A stretch of DNA of 64,000 bases from Synechococcus sp. (GTDB lineage: Bacteria > Cyanobacteriota > Cyanobacteriia > PCC-6307 > Cyanobiaceae): NCBI GenBank assembly GCA_047285535.1, contig JBJBDC010000001.1, forward strand, positions 1,664,136 through 1,728,135, written 5' to 3'. Within the stretch, counting starts at the first letter, position 1. Each line of letters opens with the position of its first letter. Shown piece after piece: positions 52,362 to 62,985 of this stretch. The position numbers were made by a program, and so were the translations under genes. The notes below the pieces were generated by a model, which saw nothing but the letters and a program-made list of their open reading frames with translations, did not search any database and was not told the DNA's origin.

Positions 52362-53072
52362 TGCATACTGTCCTCCTGAATCTCACCAATGAAAGAGTAT
52401 AAGCCAGCAATCATATAGGGATTAAGTTGAGGAAAGCCCGCCATGGGGAGCGGATAACCCTTGAGAAACAATTCATAAGTGATGGATGCAAACTTTATTT
52501 AACTAAAACTGCAAAGCCTGTCAGGCCAAGCAGAGACGGAGACAACAACAGCATGAAAGCTGGCAGAACGGCAATTAAGTGAAAACGCTCTAAGATGAAA
52601 AAATCATGAAGAGCCGTAAAAACGGAGCCACACAACCAATCAAAATCCGAAATTACCAACAGACTAATAATTTTTAGGCTGAATTGAAGTTAAAGCATAA
52701 GGGTGTATGCGATAAGTCACTCAAGGAGAAGGGGTGATAAACGAAAAAATGGGATGTATAATTACACAGTTGATCGATCAATAATTACTGCGCCAATTTG
52801 CAAGAGAGGGCAGACCTCGCTGGAACATAAGATACAATCAAACTGCTTTAAAGATAACATCATCCCAGCAACACCAAAAGCACAAACACTTGCAACAAAG
52901 AAGACCATTCAAAGCCCTAAGAATTGCATGGACGTACGATAAGATGTCTAAAAATATAAGTGCACATGGTGACCAAAATGAGCAACAAAAGTGAGCCTAT
53001 AGACGAGACAAGCAATGGCCTATGAATGATACCAGACAACCATAGATAGACTTACGATACTAGACGATTAAG

Positions 53073-53846
53073 CTATAAACTGCACAACGAATCAAGGAAG
53101 TTCTTGTCACCTTCATCGCATAAATTTCCGCCATGTGATTGTTCAGGCTTTTCAGCATCTCCAGAATCAGTTGAGTTCCCTCTAGAGGGATCATCAGACA
53201 AACTACTATTCTTAATACATTCATCGTATGCAGTATTATTTATAATTCCCAGCGCTCTGCACCTGAAAGAAGGATAATAATTCCAAGCGAAAATAGTTAC
53301 AGACAATGCAACCCCAGATCCCAATATCAGGATTCTCTTGTTAATACGAGCCAAAGCTTTGTTTATTATTCTGGGTAATGATTGACTGTTTCGCTGATTA
53401 ATAGATATTTCGCCCGTAGTATCAGCGAGGATTTGAGAAGGACCCTCAATCTTATAGCTAGAATGATCGGCTGTATCAATTGAATCAACACTGTCTTGGC
53501 TCTTTTTGTCAGAGGATCGCGAATCCTCACTTATCTCCAAGTACCCGTTTAATACTTGACTGATCTGATTGACTATATCATCTCTATAGTATGTTTGAAA
53601 TTCTTCTAAAAGGCTGTCCCTCAATAAAGTCGAATGAGATTGACCATTTTTAAAATCATATTCAAGCAATCGCTGGTTCCCAAAAAGATCCCTTAACGGA
53701 GCCAAAAGCCTCTCGTTATCACCTATATAATCGGCCAATGCTGACTGCATAACAGATCTAATATCAATTCGTGAGCCTATTGTCAAACGAAAAGACTTGA
53801 GTCGTGCCCCAATATCTGCAAGGGATAAGTCAGACTTCGAAGACAC
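53073..53846 (-). CDS. Hypothetical single-pass membrane protein
   Basis: Helical N-terminal domain, linker, TM ILILGSGVALSVTIFAWNY, Cys-containing tail. Confidence 0.7.
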   Translation of the reverse strand: MSSKSDLSLADIGARLKSFRLTIGSRIDIRSVMQSALADYIGDNERLLAPLRDLFGNQRLLEYDFKNGQSHSTLLRDSLLEEFQTYYRDDIVNQISQVLNGYLEISEDSRSSDKKSQDSVDSIDTADHSSYKIEGPSQILADTTGEISINQRNSQSLPRIINKALARINKRILILGSGVALSVTIFAWNYYPSFRCRALGIINNTAYDECIKNSSLSDDPSRGNSTDSGDAEKPEQSHGGNLCDEGDKNFLDSLCSL

Positions 53847-54720
53847 TGAAATCTATATTTTTACGAACACTAATTGTATTTCGTTTGCTTGTCAACCGCA
53901 TACACAAAAAATCATGAGGCATGTCTTAAAATTCAATCCCTTTCCATAAGGCAACATTGACTTGTCAGTTTATCCAACGATCTCTATCACAATCGCAGGG
54001 GTAATCATATTTTATACGTTGATCAGCCCAGCCCTGAATATTTAATTACAAAACGAACATATACAAGTCCATCAATAAGACTAGAGCGCCGCGAAGGAAT
54101 GAGAACATTGTGGACATAGTTACAAAATGCCGTTATTTATAAAAAGCGCTTGAAACGTAAGGGTTAATGGCAATACTGAGAAATTTTCAAAATTTCAACT
54201 GATGCAAGCAAATACTCAACTGGATAGAGACAAGCATAGAAATAAAAGCTGCAACTCATCCAACAATCACTTGTGAAGCCATTGATCAATGGGCGATATA
54301 AATCACTATTAACAATAGAAAAAGCGTCTCATAAAAACAAGACTATAGGACAGCACTAAGCACACGACAGCAATCATTGGTCATATTAGTTGCTCAATAT
54401 GGATAAATATCACTGGGTTTAACCAATATTTTCTATTTAATCGATAGGCCCAATAGAGTTAAACCTTTAAAGCGCCTGGAGCTTAAGCTAAAGCCTGATC
54501 AGAAAACTACAATAGTTTTCTTGAGCCAATATATTCTTACACAAAGGAATTTCCCTTGAAGACAAGGTGTTGCAAAAACTTTTTATCATAGTTAATATTT
54601 ATCGTCAATCTCAGTTTTCTCAAAGTCAGAGTTTCATTATTACCAGCACCATGAACCAAAGAAAAGCGGAAAACAAGTTAAACCCATTAATGAAGATAAA
54701 ATTGTGATAATTGACTATAA

Positions 54721-56271
54721 TTGGCAGAGACCTTCAGGGGGATAGCAGTGGAAGGCAATTTCTTTGCTGAATTAACAAAGTCAAACGGTAGACTTCTGAA
54801 GAAACTTAACAATAGCGCCGAGCAAGTCTCAATTGGAACCAGCATTGATTGCGATATCATTATTGATAAAAATATCTATCCAACAGTTTCCAGGGTGCAA
54901 TCGTTTATTAGAATCATTAAAGAAAGTGAGACAATTACAGCTTATATTTTCGATGCAGATTCACGAAATGGGACATATGTGAACGATTTGCGAGTAACAA
55001 ACAAACAGGAGCTGAAAGATGGAGATAAAATCAGTCTTAGCAAACATATCCATGCATGCGAACTTAATTTTAACTACCTCAACACTGAAGATCAGATTCT
55101 GAAGCCTCTGGAAAACTACTACCCAGACAGTAATAAGAAAGACGCTAGAGGATCATCTCCTGTGAAGCTTAAAGAAACAACTCAGAAGGAAAGTACTAAA
55201 AGTAATACAAGTCGGCTTCAAAAGAATGCTCCAATCAATCTCAATTCAATGCTAGCAGAGACTAATAAAATGAAAAACAATCACGAAAAACTAGTAAAAT
55301 CAGATAAAATTGAAAACACAGAAGTTGATGAAAAACAAATAATTTCACAGGGCAATGCGCTTATAATGGACATAAGCAACGAAACAGTACAAAGCAATCC
55401 AAAGCAGACGAATATCAGTATCAGAAAGACATCTCAAGACTCAATAGACATAAATAATACTATTCATAACTCCCAAAAACCGTTAGAATTTGATAGTGAT
55501 CGAGACGATAATGATAGTTTGTTTGTTATTTCAGAAGGTCTAATCGACGCAAAGTCAATAGCTGTCGACTCCCAGGCTTCTCAGATTGCATACTGCTCAG
55601 ACAATGGATATTTAAATTTGCAAAAATTTGGACAATCAGAACCTTTTGCTCATACGGATTTGGGTCAAGCTTCTACGGCAATACGATTTTCAAAGATTGG
55701 AGAATTAATTGCAATCGCAATGCAAAATAAAGATATAGCTATCTGGGATATCAGTCTAAGAAACAAAATAAGTGTGCTACAGGGTCATAAATTACGTATC
55801 ACGGATATTTCATTTAGCCCTAATTCAAACAACTTGGTAAGCTGTAGCTTGGATAAGACAATTCGCTGTTGGGATATACGCTCTGGAAAAGAGCAGAAAG
55901 TAATACGTACTAAGGGTCTTGGGGCTACAGCTATTGACTATATTCAAAATGGTACAAAAATAATTTCTGGAGGAAAAGATCGAGTCCTTAGGTTATGGGA
56001 TTATAATAGTATGGAGGAAGCGCGTCAATTAAGCGCTAACAAGATAAATGCCGGAATCGAGAAGATTTGTTGCTTAGATCAAAGGAATGAGATTCTTGTT
56101 GCAACGGCAGATCATATTATTCACAAACAATCACTTAAGGCCATTGGCATAGACTTGAGCAGTGTGAATTATCCAAGACAAAAATCGATACTTTCAATAT
56201 GCAATAGTGGTAAGCTCTTAAGTCTACTTGATGCAACTGGCCGGCTACAAGGATGGAATATTAATTGTTGA
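54721..56271 (+). CDS. FHA domain plus WD40 repeat protein
   Basis: FHA-like VSIGT..VSRVQ..DSRNGTYVN; WD40 GHKLRITDISFSP..SLDKTIRCWD and SGGKDRVLRLWD. Confidence 0.85.
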   Translation: MAETFRGIAVEGNFFAELTKSNGRLLKKLNNSAEQVSIGTSIDCDIIIDKNIYPTVSRVQSFIRIIKESETITAYIFDADSRNGTYVNDLRVTNKQELKDGDKISLSKHIHACELNFNYLNTEDQILKPLENYYPDSNKKDARGSSPVKLKETTQKESTKSNTSRLQKNAPINLNSMLAETNKMKNNHEKLVKSDKIENTEVDEKQIISQGNALIMDISNETVQSNPKQTNISIRKTSQDSIDINNTIHNSQKPLEFDSDRDDNDSLFVISEGLIDAKSIAVDSQASQIAYCSDNGYLNLQKFGQSEPFAHTDLGQASTAIRFSKIGELIAIAMQNKDIAIWDISLRNKISVLQGHKLRITDISFSPNSNNLVSCSLDKTIRCWDIRSGKEQKVIRTKGLGATAIDYIQNGTKIISGGKDRVLRLWDYNSMEEARQLSANKINAGIEKICCLDQRNEILVATADHIIHKQSLKAIGIDLSSVNYPRQKSILSICNSGKLLSLLDATGRLQGWNINC

Positions 56272-58408
56272 TATTAGACTTATGGATGTCTTCCATGATC
56301 TGAGTCAGTGCATCTAACTGACGACTCATTTTTTTTATATCTATCCTGGTTAGTTTATGATCAGAATCTGCCGAAAGTAAACCATCTGAGCCTATATCTA
56401 CAGTGCTCTTTTGGTGTGAGGAGATATTTGAGGATGTTGCCAATCGACCTTTGAAAAGTTCCTTATGTTGAACAATCTCAGCCAGCAGATATGATCGAAT
56501 CTCATCAATACGAATTTTCATATATGTGATATAATAATTTCTAACTTCTTTCTTGAGTTTTCCTAGAGACTCTTCGCATTTTTGGTCAAGCTCTGAATTA
56601 TAAGTAAAAAACATTAGGATAAGAATTAAGGGTAAAATTATAGGAAGCGCTTCTTTTTTTACATTGTCAAAGTTAAACAAACCCGCAATTATTGAAATAA
56701 TTCCAACTGAGGCTAGGACCTGGCTTCTTAATTGTTTCCAGATATAGCCCGGAAAGTTCGGGAAGAGGATGTAAGTAGAAGTAACGGGAGGAGCCACATC
56801 TGTTTGCAAGATCTTACTAAGATCAAAAGAAAGATTAGGAGTTGTTGACTGTTTTTCATCATTAGCAATGTAAACATTTTTTTCGGTGCTTTGAAACGCT
56901 TCGGAATAAAGACCCTTAAGGCTGTCACTATCATTCTCTTTACCAAGCAAAACTGCATCTAGAGTTGAAGTACACCAATTCATAAGATGACCATGGCACC
57001 AATCAAGCATATGGTTATGAAGATATTCAGTATCCGGTTCATTCTTATGCTGTGCTAAATAAATAATCAATTTATTTCCATTGCGCTTCCTAATTTGTGT
57101 CAATCCTGAAAGTTCGCGATCTACGGATCTCCTCAATGCATTTGGGGAATATTCATCAAGAAATGTCTCTTTCCCTTCCTCTAATGAACTCTTAAGCGTT
57201 TCAATAAAATTATCATAACGAGACACAAAATCAGAACCAAAAGAATTAGCTGCCCCTTGGACTTTGGTCAGTTTAGGATCGTCAGAATTAGTATTCATAC
57301 TCCTCTCATTCTCTAAGTGAGCATCTAAAGTCTCCTCATACAACTTGTGTAGGCTAGAAGTAATCCAGTAAATAGAGCGGGAAATGGAGTTCAACCAATC
57401 TTGGTCATTGCTAGACCCTCTAATTACATTGATACACTCATCGTATTCAGGCTGAGCCGCTGGAACCAGCATTGTCGTCCCATCAGAAGGAACAAAGGGT
57501 GACAAGTAAAGAGGGAAGAAAGAAATCATCGGACTAAGTTCAGCAATATAAGAGCTGAGCTCCGAAACATGATCATTACCAGCAGTCAATATAGAACAAT
57601 TAACAACTACTATAAAGTTAGAAGCTGAACATGAAGACAATAGATATTCAATTAGCTTTAGCACAGATTCGTGATCACTATCTGACAATAAAAGCAAAGC
57701 TGTTGTCACAGCTATGGAATAATGGGAAACATCAGGGCACTCTATATACTTTGTGTTTCTATTATTAATAACATTAAGACTGGCAGAGCCATTCATAGGA
57801 GCATGAGCTCCTAAAGTTATTTCATCATTGGCTGTGAATTGTATCCATTGATTTTGCTGACACTTTTTATTGTTGACAAAAGTCCCATTAAGGCTCCCCA
57901 GATCTCGCAAAAATGTATCATTCTGGGAATTAATTTTAACTTCCGCATGAATTCCGCTTATTAGCGTCAAGTATTTGTCTACAGCCAACGAGCACTTTTG
58001 CTTATTTCTACCAATGGTTTGAACAGAACCTGGAACCAAATCAAGCCTTTTTGACTCATAAACCCCTTCCGAGTTCACAAATTTAATATACATTTCTACT
58101 GAATTATCAATCCTTAGGTGACTTAACCTGTCGTCATCAATCTTGATGTCGAACTCATTGATTTGATTCGACGCAAGCAAGTCCTTTAACAAAGCATATT
58201 CATCTTCTGATTGTGCGCGCAACAACAGAGACCGGGATCGTTCTGTGAGGCAATTTTTGCACAAAGACAAATCGTCAATGGTTAAATCGAGAAATTGCTT
58301 TATTGGCGAATCGTTGACTATTTTCTCTAATTTGACAAGCAACCTTTCGAGTCTACGTGTGACCTTGGCAGTGTCATCCATGTCGCGATTATTCTCCAGG
58401 ACATTCAT
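56261..58408 (-). CDS. FHA domain membrane protein with dynamin-like layout, no visible P-loop
   Basis: FHA TIGR..ISGIH..DLGSLNGTFVN, then an alpha/beta segment, a long helical region, a hydrophobic hairpin and a C-terminal helix. Confidence 0.75.
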   Translation of the reverse strand: MNVLENNRDMDDTAKVTRRLERLLVKLEKIVNDSPIKQFLDLTIDDLSLCKNCLTERSRSLLLRAQSEDEYALLKDLLASNQINEFDIKIDDDRLSHLRIDNSVEMYIKFVNSEGVYESKRLDLVPGSVQTIGRNKQKCSLAVDKYLTLISGIHAEVKINSQNDTFLRDLGSLNGTFVNNKKCQQNQWIQFTANDEITLGAHAPMNGSASLNVINNRNTKYIECPDVSHYSIAVTTALLLLSDSDHESVLKLIEYLLSSCSASNFIVVVNCSILTAGNDHVSELSSYIAELSPMISFFPLYLSPFVPSDGTTMLVPAAQPEYDECINVIRGSSNDQDWLNSISRSIYWITSSLHKLYEETLDAHLENERSMNTNSDDPKLTKVQGAANSFGSDFVSRYDNFIETLKSSLEEGKETFLDEYSPNALRRSVDRELSGLTQIRKRNGNKLIIYLAQHKNEPDTEYLHNHMLDWCHGHLMNWCTSTLDAVLLGKENDSDSLKGLYSEAFQSTEKNVYIANDEKQSTTPNLSFDLSKILQTDVAPPVTSTYILFPNFPGYIWKQLRSQVLASVGIISIIAGLFNFDNVKKEALPIILPLILILMFFTYNSELDQKCEESLGKLKKEVRNYYITYMKIRIDEIRSYLLAEIVQHKELFKGRLATSSNISSHQKSTVDIGSDGLLSADSDHKLTRIDIKKMSRQLDALTQIMEDIHKSNINN

Positions 58409-58784
58409 CGTTATTTTTCAATTTTAATTGGCCTGCAAGCCTTGTCAACACAAGCGATGATGTTACAGAGTAATATACTTTTAGAGCAGTTAAAGATTTC
58501 TCGGTGATCACAAGTAACAGGCGGGAGAACTCATTTAATGGAGCATATTATTGCCTTATAATTAATACTGGGTGATGCCCAATGGAGGCCTAAATCTGTT
58601 TTTATCGGACATCTTATTACACCCAGGGGTATTGGATGTATTCAAGTTATCGAATAAATAACACAGTGGTAATAACAATCATAGTTCTACTTAAGGCCTG
58701 CCAAAGCCTTTAGGATCTCTTCCTTTCCTAGGGATCTTACTTCAGGCTTCTTGTTGGTGTCTTAATTACCACTCAAATAATCAT

Positions 58785-59227
58785 TTTGTTCTTCGGTTGA
58801 TCACTTCGGGGCGTGCTGAGGGGCATAGATTGCCTCGATGATGCCAACCACCTCAGTTTCATTCACTGCAAAAAGGATCGAAGCTCATGCATGATCATCC
58901 GTGTAGATCCAAACCTCAGAACAGTTCTACAAGTATGGATGCTGGTGCCTGCTTCGTTTACTCCATCAACTGTTTGAGTGCCTCCAGCAGATCAAGATCT
59001 TTCCCATCCACCAGAGGGCAATAGCCGTTCAACGTTGCATCAAAATCAGCCCACTGAAAATCCCTGCAGATCTTCGCTGAGATCGACACTGCTCGTGCTC
59101 TGGCAACGAGGGCATCAAACCTGCCCAAGCTGTTGACGAAGTGATCTTGACCGTCCAGAAGGACCCTTACCTGTAAAGCACCATTGTTGTTCCGGAGGGC
59201 TGATGCTTTTCTCAAGATCCATCTCAT
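58785..59227 (-). pseudogene. Tyrosine integrase N-terminal remnant
   Basis: LRNNNGALQVRV..LGRF..PLVDGKDLDLLEALKQLME* is colinear with the N-terminus of the 60700-61755 integrase; similarity continues across stops and frameshifts to QPKNK. Confidence 0.75.
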
Positions 59228-59434
59228 CACTGGGATCTGGCTTAAAGCCGGCCCTAGGCATATGCCAAGATCACTTAGTTTTCTGCAGCTCTATCGCATC
59301 TCGGACAATCCACTTCGTGAGATTGGCTTGGGCTCTGGCTTTGAGTGCCTGAGGGTGGCTGAGAACCAAGGCAAAAAAAGGCGCGGCGACAAGCTGCATC
59401 AAAGAGTGCGACGGAATGATTCTCAACTTCATTT

Positions 59435-60280
59435 TTACTTCCCAGGCATTTTTTGTTTTTTTAGGTAAAAATAGCTTTTGCCGTATAAATAGCATTTGGT
59501 GGTAGAGGCCTTTTCTAAATCACCTCTAATGTCAATCGGTGCGATTTCTTTGATGCCACAATGGGCACTTGCGTAATCACCAATCTCTAATGCATGCTCA
59601 ATGTGTTCTGGTTTTATTTTGCGCGATGGATTGCTCATATCCCAAAAGCCCTCGCTGCTAACCACTTCTATGCCGTCAATTACCGTGCTACAGATTCCAT
59701 CCGAAATGCAATGTAGTTTTACATTATTTACCCTGCCAGTGACCTTTAATTCAAAAATAAATTCAGGCTCTGTTTTGGCATTGACTTCATGTTCTAAGCC
59801 AGAGCGCGTAAACCAAAATTTTCTTTCGGTTGGAGCATAAATGTTGTCATCAATTTTTTTAAGTCTTAGCTTGTATGTATTGCCAGAAATTGGGAATGCT
59901 GACCTAGTGCCTCCGGGTGGCGCAAATTCCCTACCCCATGAACAATAAGTTTTAGATAACCCATAGTTTTTCATCAGTGGGTTGCTGCGCCCACGGCCCG
60001 AGCAATAATAATCCATGGGATTATATGATGGCAATATAGTTATTATCCGATTATCATTAGGCATGGGAAGCTCAACGACTAATTGAGTGTATGTTTTGCT
60101 GCCATCAATATATTGAGTCAACTGCAATATTTTGGCATTGGAAATTAGGTCGGATTTTTCTTCTATTCTTTGTATTGCTTCCTTCTCGACTATTTCTTGC
60201 AGCCATGGCGCAATAGCGGAATATGAACTAACGGGAGTCAAAAAGACCGCGACTAGCGAAGTAATTATTTTGCCCTTCAC
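59435..60280 (-). CDS. Hypothetical exported protein
   Basis: 281 aa with signal peptide MKGKIITSLVAVFLTPVSSYSA; several Cys. Confidence 0.7.
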   Translation of the reverse strand: MKGKIITSLVAVFLTPVSSYSAIAPWLQEIVEKEAIQRIEEKSDLISNAKILQLTQYIDGSKTYTQLVVELPMPNDNRIITILPSYNPMDYYCSGRGRSNPLMKNYGLSKTYCSWGREFAPPGGTRSAFPISGNTYKLRLKKIDDNIYAPTERKFWFTRSGLEHEVNAKTEPEFIFELKVTGRVNNVKLHCISDGICSTVIDGIEVVSSEGFWDMSNPSRKIKPEHIEHALEIGDYASAHCGIKEIAPIDIRGDLEKASTTKCYLYGKSYFYLKKQKMPGK

Positions 60281-60699
60281 GAATTGCGCTCAATTGGTAG
60301 ATAATATAATTGGATAGCCTGCGGTGCGCTTGATCTTCATGCGGCCTTAACATGCCGACTAAATCCTCAAAGAGATTGCCACTTCCTTTAGCGATATGAG
60401 CTTTGAGCTGAATCCCGATCGCTGTTAATTACAAGAGACTGATAGTGCAGGGAATACTTACCTGGGCATCCAGTCCCTATATTGAAATAGGCGAAATCCG
60501 CAGTTGTGGATTATTTGATTTGATTGAATTAGCACCTACAGGTGACAGCGTTTGACGCAGAATCCTCCTGCCTGTCAACACTGAAATAATGCTTCGGTGT
60601 TTCGATGAGTCAAACTTTTTTCATGTTTGGAACCCCTCGTTTCGATAGCTGTTAGCTGTGCCCTTATCGTCAACACTACAAGGCTAAACTTTAAGGATG

Positions 60700-61755
60700 C
60701 AAAGTCATCTATTTTGCAAGAACGTTTGGCATACTTCAGCAGCTAATGATCAACGCTAAGTCCTGCTACTGATGCAAGGTCTGCAGAAGTATTTCCCATA
60801 GCAAGAGCGTGTGAGAGGAACGAATGCCTTTGGGAATACAAACTCTGACAGGTATCCCCAACCGTCTCTGAGAGCGTTTCCATACTTGCTCAAGCCGCTG
60901 TCATCCAAATGCCCATAAGACCTTGGGGTTACGAACACAAGACCACTCTTGGTACAGAGACCAAGTGCCTCACTCGTGGAGCGATGCTCTCTCAGCATCT
61001 CCACCACCTGGGGGGTGATCGGAACCACTCTGTTCTTCCCAGTCTTGGTGGATGCCCAAATCCTCTTGTGGGTAGCAGTCCCTTCTCTCTTCAACGTCTT
61101 ACTGATCCAAAGTTCAGCGTCATCCAACCGAACGGCATCCCTCGTCAAACCAATCAGTGCTGAATTCCGCAGTCCTGTACTCATCCACAGCAAGAAGGAG
61201 GGGTAGAACCATTCCTCATGGGTCTTGAGGTGTGCCAGAACCTGTTGAATCTCTTCCTTAATGAGAACCTCCTGATGAACACTTCTCGTTGGCACCTTGA
61301 TCACCGCTGATAGCAACGCCTTGTTCTTCGGTTGAATCCTGCGAATAATGCTGAGGATCATGGACTGGGTAGACGGCCAGCCCCCTCTTATCCATCCACT
61401 CCACAAACCTCCGAACTTCCAGTGTTGTCTTAAGGGGACTTCCAAACCTCAAGACAGGCCGATAGGCATGGATCACACGTCCTTGCTTGGTCTGCTCCAT
61501 CAACTGCTTGAGTGCCTCGATCAAATCCAAATCCTGACCATCCACCAGTGGTCGGTTACGGTTCAAACTCAGATCCAGGTCACCCTGCTGGTCATCACTC
61601 CAGATCTCAGCAGTGATCGCCTCTGCTCTTGCAATCGCAACCGCAACCGGGTAGAGCCAACGACCCAACCTGTAGATCCTCCGTTCTTCCCCATCGATCC
61701 GCACTCGAACCACGATGCTGCCATTGTTTGTCCGCAGCGAAGGTCGTTTCCTCAT
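60700..61755 (-). pseudogene. Frameshifted tyrosine recombinase/integrase
   Basis: Arm-binding-like N-terminus (61258-61755 frame); TGLRNS and KTGKNR (60756-61445 frame); YSQRHSF..LLKYAK in a further frame. Confidence 0.85.
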
Positions 61756-62000
61756 GATCCAGCTCCGGAATCCGGCCTATCAGTTCCACGCTCAGAAGCC
61801 AAGCTAAAAACGTATCTGTTCCCTACAGAACACCCCTCGTAGGCCCGCCTTCTGGCTCACTGCAGCTGAGCTGCCCTCAGATCTCCCATCAGAAGGGGAT
61901 GGGGCACATCAAGAAAGGGTGAGAAAATGATGAAAGCTTGTTTTAATATGGTAGTTTCTAAATGTAAAGTTTAAGAGGCCAAAGAGGGCCTCTCTTTGGC

Positions 62001-62447
62001 ATGCTGAGTACAAGATCTATTTCCGTAATGGCAATTCATCCCAAGAATTTTGCGCTGTTAGGCCTATTGGGAGCTCTTTTTGTTTTGGGCACCTCTAAGG
62101 CAGAAGCGCAGTATGGATTGACAAGTCCAATTGAGCAAACACCACGTATATCTAAGCCAAATGAGCCAAATAGAGGCAGCAAAATCAATGAGATAAAACT
62201 AACCAACAACACCCGTCTTAAGGTATGGTATGACTTCGGATCTAAGGAAGATCAAAGCCTTACTCCTGGGAAATCAATAACATGGAGACTCGGTGGCCCA
62301 AACCAAAGCATGAGAAAAATATTATTTGATCGATTTGTCGATAAGCCAGGCATTCAGCATGTTGAATATACATTGAAGTCAGGCAAGCAATATACTTTCG
62401 ACTTAGTCAGAACCAGGAAAGGGGATGAGATCATGGTGCACGATTAG
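62001..62447 (+). CDS. Hypothetical exported protein
   Basis: Signal peptide ending KAEA-QY; beta-rich mature region. Confidence 0.7.
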   Translation: MLSTRSISVMAIHPKNFALLGLLGALFVLGTSKAEAQYGLTSPIEQTPRISKPNEPNRGSKINEIKLTNNTRLKVWYDFGSKEDQSLTPGKSITWRLGGPNQSMRKILFDRFVDKPGIQHVEYTLKSGKQYTFDLVRTRKGDEIMVHD

Positions 62448-62985
62448 GCAACATCGAAGGATTTTGCTTCAACGAAAACTGCTCACGCAAATCCTTTGAA
62501 AGGATCGACACTTTTGCCATGCTCAAAGTCGCATTTAATGAAACTTTAAGCAATTTGGAGTTCATCTGAGGCATAGAGCCCCTCTCAACCACACATCCAA
62601 AACCAAATTAATCGTCAACGAATACGCTCTGGCGATGGAGTAGAGAGGGGCTGAGAAATCGGGAGACTCGCTTGAGTTATGACTGGGGGGGGGGTTAGCA
62701 ACTCTGTTAGACCTATAGGCGTTGAGACCAGGACTTCCAAAACATCGTCTTTGAGGCATCTCCAGAAGAGCTTCTGCGTCGCCGTCTCAAAGACGAGGGA
62801 ATGGAAGCAATCAATTCAACAAGTCTTTTTATAAAGGCCACAGAAAATGGATCGAAACAAAAATTAGTGTCTTGAAAATTTTACGCTATACTCTTCAAGA
62901 AATCAGTTCGAATTCGCTTGGAAATACGAGCAATTGAATACAATGAGATCATAACCATGCTGTGTATTGCGCTGGACTGTTGATC

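Noticed and set aside
52440..53050. Short ORFs between the kinase and the membrane protein (e.g. 52703-52942)
   Set aside because: Short, no motif, AT-rich; cannot support a gene call.
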